A stretch of 64,000 bases of DNA, from positions 107,074,001 to 107,138,000 of the forward strand of contig NC_042999.1 in assembly GCF_006345805.1 (NCBI RefSeq), in the 5' to 3' direction. Each line of letters opens with the position of its first letter. The stretch's first letter is position 1. Shown here in pieces: positions 25,783-38,679 of the stretch. This stretch comes from Octopus sinensis. Taxonomy: Eukaryota. The notes below the pieces were generated by a model, which was not told where the DNA came from, searched no databases, and saw nothing but the letters and a program-made list of their open reading frames with translations. Made by a program: the position numbers and the translations under genes.

Positions 25783-25990
25783 CTTTCAAATTTTGGCACA
25801 AGTCCAACAATTTCTGAGGAGCAGGAAAACTGATTTCATCACCTCCAGAGTTCAATTGGTACTTATTTTACTGACCCTGAAAAGATAAAAGCAAAGTCAA
25901 TCTTGACTGAATTTGAACTCTGAACATAAAAACAGATGGAATGCCATTTGGCATTCTGTCAGTTGTGCAGACAATTTTGCTAGCTCGATG
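25783..25990 (-). mobile_element. SINE family A
   Basis: Same core; flanked by 13-bp direct repeat TGGAAAAATATTG (25770-25782, 26000-26012). Confidence 0.8.
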
Positions 25991-26205
25991 TCCTACAGAT
26001 GGAAAAATATTGAAATGTTGAATGAGGGGTCAGCAACCCCTTCTCACAGAAAAAAAAAACAAACTAATATGCTACTTCAACCATCTAATGATGGCTTGAT
26101 TTGCTCAGTAACATGAAACAGAAGTTACGATTAAAAACAATTCTGAAGTAATCCGATCTTCTTTAATAAGGTCCCAAAACATGAAAACAAGAATGTAAAA
26201 TATTT

Positions 26206-26440
26206 TTAACCCTTTAGCGATTGGATTACTCTGTGAAATGTAAAGCTTATTCATTCACATTGTTTTCAATTAATCATGCATTATTTTGTAGGTTTGAAAT
26301 TTTGATGACCTAACTTTTAATTTTAGAATGAAGTTGAAAGGTTGGCGAGAGAGGCCAGATCTGAACATAAAACGGTTTTGAACATAAAACGGGTAGAATA
26401 TTTTGGTTGGATATGTCCAATTTAAATGCTAAAGAATTAA
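26206..26440. mobile_element. piggyBac-type MITE
   Basis: TTAA|CCCTTTAGCGATT ... AATGCTAAAGAA|TTAA; TTAA on both sides, imperfect short TIRs. Confidence 0.65.
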
Positions 26441-26802
26441 AACAGGTTTCTGGTTTTGAAAGGCTGTTGGAAATATCAGCCTGCTATACATGTTCAAGAC
26501 CCATCACAACTTAATGGGTACTTTCCATTTTAATTTTTTTTTTTTCTTTTATGCTTTTCATTTTTGTCATTCTTTCATTATTTTTTAGTCATCGGACAGT
26601 GGCCATACTAGGGCACTATCTTCAGGTGCCTCAGTTAATGATATCAACCCAACAACTTATAAGAGTCAGGTACATATTTTATCAGTTTCTATTTGTTGAC
26701 CCACTAATGTTATGAAATATATAACTGACACAGCATGAACATCAGTTCTTAGACTGGTGTAAACTTATACACAGACAGACATGTAAGTTGATGAATGATC
26801 AA

Positions 26803-26806
26803 TAAT

Positions 26807-26868
<62 letters not shown>

Positions 26869-26900
26869 TAACAATGATAATAATGATAATGATGATGACA
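26803..26900. repeat. (AAT)n microsatellite
   Basis: Long AAT run decaying to GAT/AAC. Confidence 0.95.
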
Positions 26901-27108
26901 ATAACAGCAACAGTGTTGATGGTGTTAATGATGATGCTGAGATTAAAGCCATCTGTGACTCAGTAATCAAATTAAGAAAAATAAGCTGCAAATAATATTT
27001 ACAAATGTTTAGAGGGAAGGGAACAGAATGGTAAAAGAAAGATTTAATGATATAAGAATATAAGACACATTTGAATAATGTTTGAAATGTCATGAATTTT
27101 TCCTCTAG

Positions 27109-27156
27109 CCATTTTGTACTAAATGTACCGTTCATGGCCTGTAGATATCACCAGAT
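27109..27156 (+). CDS. Candidate 48-nt coding exon C of an unidentified gene
   Basis: gaatttttcctctag|CCATTTTG...CACCAGAT|gtgagt; only phase 2 is open, HFVLNVPFMACRYHQ; matches the phase-2 exit of exon B. Confidence 0.45.
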
Positions 27157-27390
27157 GTGAGTGACAGAAAATATAACATTATTCAGCTCATTTATTATTT
27201 TTATATATGAAAATAAAATCATTTGAATCATTAAAGACACATGAAATATAATATGGAAGATATGTAGGATTTTTTTTTTGTTTCCATAATAAATGTTATT
27301 GAGACAAAGATTGCTGAAGAAATGGCTGAAGCATCCTTCCTTCAGGGCTATTGTTGTAAACTGATTTGAGAACTGTTGGTGGTAACATAT

Positions 27391-27995
27391 CATCATCATC
27401 ATCATCATCACCATTGTTTAACGTCTGCTTTCCATGCTAGCATGGGTTGGACGATTTGACTGAAGACTGGCGAACCAGATGGCTGCACCAGGCTCCAATC
27501 TTGATCTGGCAGAGTTTCTACAGCTGGATGCCCTTCCTAACACCAACCACTCTGAGAGTGTAGTGGGTGCTTTTACGTGCCACCGGCACGAGGGCCAGTC
27601 AGGTGGAACTGGCAATGGCCACACTCAAATGGTATTTTTTACATGCCATCTCATTTGGCTTGCCAAGTCATCTCAAGCAGAGCATATTTCCAAGAGTCTC
27701 AGTCACTAGTCATTGCATCGGTGAAGCCTAATGTTCGAAGGTTGTGCTCACCACTTCATCCCAGGTCTTCCTGGGTCTACCTCTTCCACAGGTGCCCTCA
27801 ACCGCTAGGGTGTGGCAATTTTTCACACAGCTATCCTCATCCATTCTCGCCACATGACCATACCAGTGCAGTCATCTCTCTTGCACACCACATATGATGC
27901 TTCTTAGGTCTTCTCTCAAGGTACTTACACTCTGTCGAGTATGCACACTGACATTACACATCCATCAGATCATACTGGCTTCATTTCTCGCAAGC
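27391..27995 (-). mobile_element. RTE LINE 3' fragment
   Basis: rc: WMCNVSVHTRQSVSTLRE...HWYGHVARMDEDSCVKNCHTLAVEGTCGRGRPRKTWDEVV; 3' UTR internally shorter than the 3941 copy; (CAT)n tail. Confidence 0.9.
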
Positions 27996-28239
27996 TTACA
28001 TTTGTATATTATTGCACTGCTGAAAAATGAGAATGAGCAAAGGTAATGAATTGTAGAATAAAAATAAAATATCTAATATTTCTGCTATGAAAGACAGTCA
28101 AAAGATTGTTGGAGTTGTACTTGTGTGACAAGTGATTTGATCTGAGACAGTCGAAAATAAAGCAATTAGTGTCAAGGTGGGGCGTCCTGTGGGACGACCT
28201 AGATAGAGAGAGATAAAGTGTCAAGTCAGAATTATTTGT

Positions 28240-28990
28240 TGTATTATCAATGATCTGATCACAGACACAGTTCTAGTCATCATCATCTGGTCACATTGTT
28301 TGCACGGATTCCCATGACTCTGTTGCCATCCGATTTTATTGTTCATCATATTCAGAAGGATTGCAGTTTATGTCATCACAAATCTTATCGTCCTTTGCTA
28401 GCTCTTCTTTGTGTAGACACCCATAAAATAACTCCACTAATAATTTCATCATTAGCTCTCCAGTAATGCCCTGTGAATCTGACTCTATCCTTTTTGACGA
28501 TGTCTGTTACTGGATCAAGGTTCCCATACAAGTTCTACGCGAGATACTGAGAAGTAGATAAACAGTTTCTGTGTGTATTTAAATGACTAAGATGAGTCTT
28601 CCATTCAACATCTGCAAAAGGTTCTAACACAACCAAAATAAAGTGCTTTTAATCTCATGGACCATGGCAGAAAAACAATGAAGTTGCTTTTGATAGCAGA
28701 AAATTCTTTAGCAATACTTGAAATAAGCCTACAAGGATCCCTCTTCATTGTGGTTTGACTGATAGAAATAACAGCTAAATTTTTCTCAGATTATACCCAG
28801 TTATCTTTAAAAAGAGACACATTAGATAATATAGTCCTAGATACACAATGCTTGAGTAAAAGGAATGTAGTCCTAGATACACAATGCTTGAGTAGAGGGA
28901 GATTAAGGTCATCATGGATAGAAAAGGTTTTACCATAAACTTTTTTAGTCAGAGTTGATGTAGAGTAAGAAACATCTGACAATTGACAAG
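28240..28990 (-). mobile_element. Old RTE-like (RTE-X type) LINE C-terminal remnant
   Basis: rc: LYGNLDPVTDIVKKDRVRFTGHYWRANDEIISGVILW...RASKGR; 27-bp tandem duplication at 28832 and 28868. Confidence 0.6.
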
Positions 28991-29089
28991 TCCCTTAACC
29001 CCTTGGGGGATACTGGTGTGCTGCAGCCATGCTGTGTATCTAAGGTGAGAAAACCTGATGGACCCCTTCCCTCAAAAGACTAAACTAAT

Positions 29090-29370
29090 TTCTACAGCTG
29101 AGTGGACTGAAGCAACATGAAATAAAGTATTTTGCTCAAGAACATAGTGGATCACCTGGTCCAGGGATCAAAACCACAATCTTACAGTCATGAACCCAAC
29201 ACCCTAACCACTAAGTGACATGCTTCCACTAGTGATATTCGTCTCTACAGTAGAATGTACTGGAGCAATGTCAAGTGAAGTGTTTTGCTCAAGAACACAA
29301 CACATTGCCCAGTCCAGGAATCGAAACCACAATCTTACAACCTTGAGACCAACACCTTAAGTCCAACACC
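29090..29370 (-). mobile_element. Two tandem 5' fragments of SINE family C
   Basis: Each has ..TGCTCAAGAACA..CCAGG.ATC.AAACCACAATCTTACA.. (29090-29232, 29243-29370). Confidence 0.7.
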
Positions 29371-30348
29371 ACTAAGCCTTGTGCCTCCATATGTTGATTA
29401 TTACAAGTTGATTATATTGTGAATGCAAATGAAAAAGCCTCAAGATATAGGTATATACCTTTCTTACTGGTAATATTAAAGTACTCAGTTTGATGGAAGA
29501 AAGATTGAAGGCTGCCTGAGTGTAATTGGTTACTTGTCTCTCTGGATTACAGATAATAAGTGATTCAGATAATACTGACAACTTTCTATCTTTTTTCTAT
29601 CCCAGTGAGATTTTAAGCTAATGTATTATAAGCTATTTATATTTGAATTCTCTTTGAGATACATCGTTAATATTTCTCGACATATTTCTCAACGCTTTTA
29701 CATTTGTGTTGTAAATCTAAACAAATTAAATGTAAAGCATCTAATTTGATGGATGAACGATGGGGACAACTTTATTGTAATTGTTAATATGTCTGTTTGG
29801 GTTTGAGAATATGCAAGGTCTATGTCCTACAGGCAGCTTCCCACCGTTTTCCATTCCAGAGGGTTTTAACTCAATGTATAGCATTATTTATAGTTGAATT
29901 CAGTTTGAGACACATCATGAATAAAGATTTATTGAACTAGTTAAGTTGTAGTAACTAATGTTGTTCATTTTCAGTCTTCTGACAAAAATATGTGTGGCTA
30001 TAAGGAAATACTGCCTTATCTGGAAACAGGTGGAAGTTGGTGACAGGAAGGGCATCTGGCCATAGAAAATTTGCCTCAGCATAAATTGCACATGACCCAT
30101 GCAATCATGGCAAAGTGGATGTTAAATGGTAGTGACAACAATGACTACGATGACAATGATGATGATGATGATAATGGTGGGTGAAGGTGGTGGTGGTGGT
30201 GGTGATGGTGGCAGCGATGGCGGCAGTGGCGGCGGCGGTGGCGGTGGTGGTGACAATGAGGATATCTAATGTAGTGACTAATGTAGCCACCTATACAATG
30301 AAGAAAAGGCAATGTTAACTCAACATTATTAATATCTTAATCATTTAG

Positions 30349-30484
30349 GTATGAAAAGAAACAGCTTTACAGATGTTTCAGTTTTGTTAAACCTTTTCAG
30401 CAAATGCATATGCTTCACCCTTTGTACCAAAGTACTTATGACAGAACTACCAAGCAAATGTACAACAGCATATATTGTACATGA
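30349..30484 (+). CDS. Possible terminal exon D (one of two alternatives)
   Basis: cttaatcatttag|G TAT GAA AAG...; phase-2 frame is open for 44 codons (MYEKKQLYRCFSFVKPF...YCT*). Confidence 0.25.
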
Positions 30485-30687
30485 GAAATTTAACATATTT
30501 TTTTTTAAATATTGATCACCCAGGGACAAAACTGAAGGTTTCTTATGGACAACACCATTGATGCATACTCTGACATGTATTCCATCAGCTGTAGTATACA
30601 TCAATTCCATTACAATTAATCCTATTCAGATTACTGTAGATATATTTTTTCAGTTGGTTGAAATGGGCTGACATCATATGAAATATT

Positions 30688-30903
30688 AGTTTCAAATTTT
30701 GGCACAAGGCCAGCAATTTCAGGGGTGGGGTTAAATAAAATGCATCGACTCTAGTGCTCAACTGGTTCTTATTTTATCAACCCCCAAAAGGATGAAAGGC
30801 AAGATCAACCCTATCAGTATTTGGATTCAGAATGTACAGATGGAGGAAATGTTACCAAGCATTTTATCCAGTGTGCTAAAAATTCTGCCAACTTGCTACC
30901 TTA
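30688..30903 (-). mobile_element. SINE family A
   Basis: Perfect 17-bp TSD ACATCATATGAAATATT (30671-30687, 30904-30920). Confidence 0.9.
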
Positions 30904-33070
30904 ACATCATATGAAATATTGATTAAGGCTTTTACTGCATTAGTTATATAAAGGACAATGTTATGTATTATATAATTTCAGGTTCTATGTAACAGAAATT
31001 AATATTTGAAAAATTCCATAATTATACCACAGAATTAATAAGAATGCTTCAAGTTTGAATTTATCAATTTGTCATATGCAATGCATGACATTATAAAATC
31101 TTAATGTTAAGTTAGTGAAAACAACTGCTATTAGTGTTAACACTGGTGGATGTTGGAAGGAAGTAAACTTATAACAAAAACATTAAGAAAGATTAAAATT
31201 TGCCCCAAGTAACTCTAATGTTTTTCATACACAACTACAATACAAAAATATTTCCAGAAGAAATAGCAATGTTAAGAATAACAGTCTAAACTAATATGTT
31301 CTGCAACAAAATCTGAAACACCATTTCTTATTCCTGATTGCTCATAAATTTGACTTTATTTCATGGTAATAAAAACGAATTCTATTATGTGAACTGCTTA
31401 GAAATGTTAAAGTTTTCAATGTTTGTGTTCATATATGTAAACATGTTTGTATATTTAATCTTCCCAACTTAATATCAGTCTTTGTTTTCATTTATGAATA
31501 AATATGAACAAATTTTATAGAGAAACAGTTTTTGCGGATGGAATATGCAGATATCATAATATGTGTGCAAATATCCTGTGGACAGTCATTGATTTTCCTA
31601 AAACAAACAGCAGCAAGGAATGGCAATTCAAAGAATTAAATGACAACTAATGTTATTTTGTTTTGCAACATTTCAAATATTTTTATAAGGAGAAAAAATG
31701 AAATCCAGTTATGGGAAACTCTATCAAAGTCCGAGTTCAAAAAGTTCTATACTACATTATATGTGAGAGCAACGATTATGTCAGAGGTTGTGTAGTAACT
31801 TCAAATTGTCTTTAATTTTTTTCATATCTTTGGTTTAATATTTTATTGTGTATTAACGTTGAAACTCCAGGAAAGAATTTTTAAAGCAACTATATAAACT
31901 CTGTTCCACAAAAGTATTGTTGAAGGCACTGTTCTATAAATATGTTAATTTAGACAACATTTAGACAAGTGTTTGACACTTGTTAGTAGGATTTGCTTAG
32001 CACTAAAGAGAAGTTGAATTTTCTCATTGAAGGAGCACTACCACGACATCTCTTGCTGAATACAAAGTAGCAAGCATTCCACACTTTAAACTGAAGAATT
32101 TCAGCAAGGAATTTAGCTTTTAGATTCAAACTGATACTCTCAATTAAACATTATCAAATGGGTGCACCAAAGCTTGTAACACAAAAGTGGATAATGTGGT
32201 GAATATTAATGTTAAAATTAAGATCTTATCACCATAAATGATTAGGAAGAAAGGTGTGTTAGAGGACCAGTTTGATGTTCTTCGTCATTAACGTTATCTT
32301 CCACTCAACAGCAACTCATTAGTTCACTGAATTATGAGCATTTCACTGCAAGCATTTGAGTCACAGTTTGGTTTTCAAGACTGTGTAACAATGAGAATAT
32401 AGAATGTCTTATTTACCGTAATTATTTCACCAATGAAGAAGAATAAATCGTAACATGGATATAAATTTCATATCACATCCTGAATGACTACCTACACACT
32501 AGTGGATACCCCAAGAATGATTAGAACATAATCACAAGCTTTCTATTTTATCTTATATAATGCATCTTCAAAAGGCTTTAAAATTTATGGTTATTAATAT
32601 GGCATTACTGATGAGTAGGTTTACATTAGGCAGTAAATGTATGTACAAGTGTGAAAGTATCTATGTTCTTTTCAGCTTTTAATTATTTAAATTCCTCCTC
32701 TTAGGAAGGAGCTGGTTTCTAACAAAGATACAAAGTTTCATTACTAGAATGTAGGTAACAAAAATAATGTCACATTTTAAACTTGAGTAAAGTCTTGCAT
32801 ATTCTTATTGTTCCACTTACAGTTTGTATTTGAAATGTGCAAGATAGTTGGTTAATTTTCTGAAAACCTTGACTTATCCATATTGTCACACTAAGGCATT
32901 TACTCTCAAAACCAAGTGCATAAATTATTATCAGTATAAATGTGAATTTATAATCTGGATACAGAAGCTGGGAGTTCCAAAAGCTAGGGGCCCATAGTTA
33001 TCCTCTTTCTCTTCAATTTTCAAAGAGATGTTTACATCAGGAAGACAGCTGACCTCTCTGACATTACATA

Positions 33071-34359
33071 CGAGGGACGTTCAATAAGTAATGCCTCTGA
33101 CCCACTTGCAGTTGTTTGATCTAGCTGAAATTTTGCATGTGCAATCATTTATATCTCTATAGAGTAAGTGGCAAATTACAGCACTGAATTAATTGTGGTT
33201 TCTGATTTACAGGTGTTTGAACCGAGTCAAGTGTTAACTGGAGCCTGTTGAGTGTCGAGCAGTGATCCGGTTTTTGTATTTGAAAGGACGCACACCACGG
33301 GAGACTTTTGATGAAATGAAAGTAACTTATGGTGATGATGCCCCATCATATGACCTTGTAAAACGCTGGCATCGTGAATTCAAACATGGTCGGAACTCTG
33401 TGGAAACAGCTCCCAGATCTGGTCGCCCCCTTCTGCCATTGATGAGGCATCTGTCCGTCAAGTTGAGGCTGCCATTTTGGAAGATCGACGCATAACTATT
33501 CGCCAAATAGCCCATGAGGTCAAGATTAGTACCGGGTCTGTGGAAACTATCATTCATGACCATTTGCATATGCAAAAGGTATCTGCCAGATGGATTCCCA
33601 GGTTGCTCACGCCTTTCCAGAAGCAAGAACACGTTGAGTGCTCGAGGATGAATTTGGAGATGTGCCAAGAAGATGAATCAAAATTTTTCAAAAGACTGAT
33701 TACACAGAATGAAACCTGGGTCCATCACTATGATCCAGAGACCAAAGCCCAGTCAATGCAGTGGAAGCACCGTGACTCACCCCCTCCAAAGAAGGCAAGG
33801 GTGCAGCCCTCCGCTGGCAAGGTCATGCTCAGTCTTCTGGGACCAGGACGGAGTAGTGATGACAGATTTCCTAGCAAAGGGTACCACAATTGCAGGAGCC
33901 TATTATGCTTCACTTTTGAGGAAATTAAGAGAAGTTATCAAAATCAAGAGGCGGGGCAAGATCAGCAAAGGCATCCTCCTCCTGCAGGACAACGCTCCGG
34001 TCCACAACTCGCTTGTCGCCAGATCAGAAACACAGGTGTATGGCTATGAACTCCTCCCCCATCCCCCTACTTTCCTGACCTTGCACCCTCTGATTTTCAC
34101 CTCTTCCCAGTCATGAAGTTGTTTTTGAAAAGAAAGCGTTTCCCAGATGATGCAGCCTTGATTTCTGAAGTTGCGTTCAGGTTGGAGGACCAAGCTGGGG
34201 TCTTCTATAAAAACGGTCTCCAGAGCTGCATCAAACAATGGGAGAAATGCGTAACTCTGGGTGGTTCCTATGTAGAAAAAGACTAATAACTGTGCCAAGT
34301 TTCGTTGCTCTACTGCTATGGGAAGTGGGTCAGGGGCATTACTTATTGAACGTCCCTCG
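33071..34359 (+). mobile_element. Full-length mariner DNA transposon (1289 bp)
   Basis: 37-bp TIRs CGAGGGACGTTCAATAAGTAATGCC(T/C)CTGACCCACTT with 1 mismatch; TA duplication on both sides. Confidence 0.97.
33238..34286 (+). pseudogene. Mariner D,D34D transposase pseudogene
   Basis: HTH region (IRFLYLKG...RWHREFKHG), WIPRLLT, ITQNETWVHHYDPE (catalytic D to N), QDNAPVH...PDLAPSDF; frameshifts near 33428, 33832 and 34068; probable start codon reads CTG. Confidence 0.92.
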
Positions 34360-34399
34360 TACTTTTCCTTGTCTGTCCCAAACAACAATATCCTCCTCT

Positions 34400-35045
34400 A
34401 ATGTTTACACTTGACAGTTGTTTTAATGTGAATGATTCATTGGTATTCTATGAGTTTATGAATTCAATAACAAGGAGATTCTCTATATTTATTCCAGGAC
34501 AGTCTTTTTTCAGATGGCATTGTATATTGTCTTTGTAACAATGTCATGAGGCATAAGAGCAAAGACTTTGATGTCATTCTAGGACAGCTGCTAATCACAT
34601 GTTTGATTTTTTCCATGAAAATATGGCTTAATCTACATTTTCGGTCACACCTTGGAGTTCCAAGGGTTTCACTGTCTTTTTTTGTTTGTTCAGTATTTGG
34701 TAGCAATCTTCTGTTTTGGGATAGCCTTTGAAATGTGATGTGCTGTTCTGTAGTGCTCATGAGTCCAACAGAAGTTTCACTTCATGTCAATATTACTGTC
34801 TTCTTCAAGCCTTTGGGAAACACAGTCTATGCATAGTCTTTTTTTTTCTTTGGTATGTTGAGTGCTTCCCATTCAGGTCTTCTTTGTGGCCTGTTAATCT
34901 GGCTGTTTTGGGTTGTGTGAGAGGTCATCAGGAAGAGAGTGCTTCATGAGGAACTTGCTGCTGCCAAGCAATATATTTTTCTCTTCACTTTACAGCACTA
35001 AGCTAATGCATTTAATTTTGCTGCAAGTATTGTCTTAGAGAGACT
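34400..35045 (-). mobile_element. RLE-type LINE C-terminal (zinc-knuckle) remnant
   Basis: PRCDRKCRLSHIFMEKIKHVISSCPRMTSK resembles the CCHC knuckle upstream of the restriction-like endonuclease. Confidence 0.6.
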
Positions 35046-36593
35046 ATATGACATTCGAATGTTGTCTGCACTGCACTCAAGCCTCCACCTCCTTTGTTTC
35101 CTTTTTGGTAGTATCATTATTTTTGTGGAGATTTCCAGGTGAAGTCAGTATCTCACAGGTTTTACTGTCTTTGGAGTGGATTTCCTCAACAGACCACTCA
35201 AGTAACCGATATTTCTGTCTGCCTGCCTGTCTGTCTGTCTCTCTGTCTGTCTGTATGTATGTATGTATGTATGTAGTATGTATGTATGTACGTATGTATG
35301 TACTTACTGTACCATGATAGTTTTTTTGAAAAAAACATCAATCACTTGCTTTTACAACTTTACTATTGTGCTGTATATTTATTACATACCTTTACATTTT
35401 GCAATAATACAGGGCATAATCTGTAAATAACTCCCAAAATGAATAAATTTTCTTTTCTTTATATTAGCTGACAATGGTTTTAATATTACAGAATTTTCAA
35501 AAACAATCTAAAGATAGTTAAATACGTTGCCTCTCTGGTCATGTATAGTGGTATATTAATCATATTTGCACATTTCTAGTTATTAGTAGTATCATCATGT
35601 GTTTCCAACGAAACTACTCTCTTTTTTTACATTATGGATTTTTTGCATATATATAACTTAAACTGAAGCAAGAATCTGGATGATTTATATTTATCATGTT
35701 TACTTTTGATGACCTATCTTAATGACAAATGGGAGAGCTAAACTGATTCAGCTATATTCAAGAATCCACAATTTCAATAATATTCAATTGTCTTATGTAC
35801 ATTTTGTAGTAAGTCAAGGGAATACAAATTATATTCAACGGAATAATTTCCCAGACAAAACTTGCCAGTACAGATGCTTAATTATTCATATCAGCAATGT
35901 GAGAAATAAATAATTTTTTTGAATTATTTCTTATATATATTTTAACTGGGCAATATCCATTATATTTTTAAATATGTGAAATTTATATCTTTCGAAATGG
36001 TTTTATGGAAATTACTGATTTAAAAGTTGCTACATACATACAGAAATTCAAAGGAACTAACTTTCAAATTTATGTATAATGTTACAAAAATTTTTTTCCG
36101 ATTGTCTGAACTTTAAATTGTTAAAACATTTTATTAGTTCTTGAAAGTTCAAAGTATTACATAACAATATTTAGGAATATTTATAAATTACAAAATGATA
36201 TTTAAAAAAAAATCATACTCCGCATATAGGATCTTGCATTCATACTCACAAGGAATGTACTCTCTCTTTACAAAGCAACATAGATTATGAGCAAACTAAA
36301 TAGTCTCTATGAGGTTGATACCTCTACTACTAATAGTAATTAAATCCTCTTTAATTCAAACCTTGGTTTCTTTAAAAAAGGAAGATATTGAACAATGTGG
36401 TCTTAGATATAAAAAGAGATGGGTTGGTTATGCCTGGGCAGAACAACATTATCAACTTCAGCATGTATAAATACACAATTCCCTGAGTTCTTGAATTAAG
36501 ATCAATTGTAGCAGGCCCAAACTATGAAACACACAGATGCTGCAACTTAGTAGGAATACTTCTGGAATCTATTCTGATTTATTTTATAACATA

Positions 36594-37106
36594 CTAGCAG
36601 TATCGCCCGGCGTTGCTCGGGTTTGTAAGGGAAATAACTATATAAGCATTTTTAGAGAGTTACTTCCTTATAGATGCCAATTCGGGCTTTCTTAGCCATT
36701 TCTGTTTTGGTGTCTTCAAGCCATGAAGTCGTTGTTCTAAAAGAACGCTGGTCTCCTTGACAACGCTTTACAACGTTGATTTCCTTACACTCCCTTCCCC
36801 ACAGCTTCACGAGGGAGGGAAGAAGGGGGAGAAGCAACACAGGTGCAGGTGTGACCATGGACGCCAACTCCGCCGCCATCGACACACGAAAAAATATGCA
36901 TTAAAATGGAATAAAAAATGATGTTAAATTATTTTTAAAATCGTAGACTCATCGTAGACGCGCGCTAATAGCCAGACGGGCTCGATATGAATTACGACTA
37001 TAAGATACCCGAATTTGGTTAAACTTCACCGCAAAATGTGGGAGTAGTTAGGAATCTAAATCGAAGGGGACAGACACTCACACAACTACTGTTTTATATA
37101 TATAGA
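36594..37106 (-). mobile_element. Non-autonomous Helitron (513 bp)
   Basis: rc: A|TCTATATATATAAAA...CCCGAGCAACGCCGGG hairpin...CTGCTAG|T, i.e. 5' TC, 3' hairpin plus CTAG, A/T insertion site. Confidence 0.85.
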
Positions 37107-37149
37107 TATATATATAAAATACACATCTAATAAATTACACATCTAATGA

Positions 37150-37500
37150 AACATATGAAATGCACATCTAATGAATTTAAATCGAGACAATTTTGCAGTA
37201 AAAGTTATTTTACCTATTTGTCATTAAAATTAACCTATGTGGTTAAAACATTAAAAACGACGAAGATTAATAGGACAAATGAAACTTACCTTGGAAAACA
37301 GATTGAAAATTCATCGTCAACAAATATGAGATCCCAACACTAGACTGATTTCCCTTAGACTAACGTGCAATAAAGGAATCTCCAAAATTCTAAGTCTTTC
37401 CACTTTATTTTTATTCTGATGAAGTCAGAGAACAGATATGGACAGAAAAGGAAAATATGTTAATTATGAAAAAATACAAAACACAACCAAAAACATTATC
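37150..37500 (+). mobile_element. Penelope-like GIY-YIG endonuclease remnant
   Basis: IGQMKLTLENRLKIHRQQI*DPNTR ... VFPL ... KENMLIMKKYK. Confidence 0.55.
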
Positions 37501-38679
37501 ACAACATATCCAACTGGTACTTTTAGTAGCAACTGAATCTCCAAGCTATTACACTATTGTTGTTCACATTTTCACACACAGAAACCATTTACACACATAC
37601 ATACAGCTATGTAACTTACAGACATTCACATGCAAGCAAGCAATCTATTTATTTATTTTCAGCTGTTCTGACAAACTGCTGTTCATACTGTATTATGACA
37701 CATTCACTAGATTAACTCAGCTTTCAGTTTTGGTGCAATTGTCATCCATACTGTCTCATGTCTTAATGTGCCGACATTGCACACAGTTGTTCATACTGTC
37801 AAATGACACATTCACTGGATCAAGAGGATCTTAACTTCTGATACAATAATCATTCATATGACTCTAATATGCGGATATCACAGAAAACAAAATACTGAGC
37901 CTGATCTCTTGAATGTCTTCAATCAATCAACTTGTGTCTTAACTACTACAAAATTTAAACCGTAATCTCTATGGAAAAGGGCTAATTTTTAAGCCCCAGC
38001 CACTGGTGATGTAGTTACAACATTGCATTATTAGTGCAACAGAGCTACACACACCAATGCTGCTTTATTTAACACTATCAATTGAGTGAGATTTAGTTGC
38101 AGTTAAGTAAGTTTATAAAGTCTCTGCAATGCGTATGCAATTCTTCAAGGAATATTTAATATTTTTCCTGAACGTTTTATATTGAAATAGTTGTTTTATT
38201 CCAAATGCCTTTTCTGCTAATTACCACAAAACCGTGAAACACAGGTGTAATTTATTATCAGTGACATAGATTGGGTCCAACAATTATATATTTTGCTTCA
38301 GAACCCAACACAATATCTGTAGTAGAAGATGAACTGTAACATCGACACATCTTCACTACTGAGTTTCCTTTGACTACAGCTTAAATGGTATGTATGGTAT
38401 GAAGGTGATGTGAGATCAGACTGTTGGAAAAGGGCAATGCTCATGGCGTTTTGCAGGGACTTGAAACTTGGTGTGGTAAAAGAAGAAGCAAAGAAGCACA
38501 CTTCAAAGATTTTATAGGAGAAAGCAGTAAATTCACGACATCAGATTATCTATCAGCAGAGGTGTCAGGAGGCATCAAGTAGTATTTAGAATTTGCTCTG
38601 ATCATCTGTGTTCCAAGTTCAAACCCTGCTGAAATCAACCACGCCTTCCATCCTTCCAGGGATGACATCAATTTCGTTA

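Noticed and set aside
30341-30610. Minus-strand 89-aa ORF (MELMYTTADG...)
   Set aside because: No recognisable homology and overlaps the + strand candidate exon antisense; length is within chance range.
38300-38337. Possible terminal exon ending ...VVEDEL* (KDEL-like)
   Set aside because: Single short acceptor-plus-stop; cannot be chained to other exons and is expected by chance.
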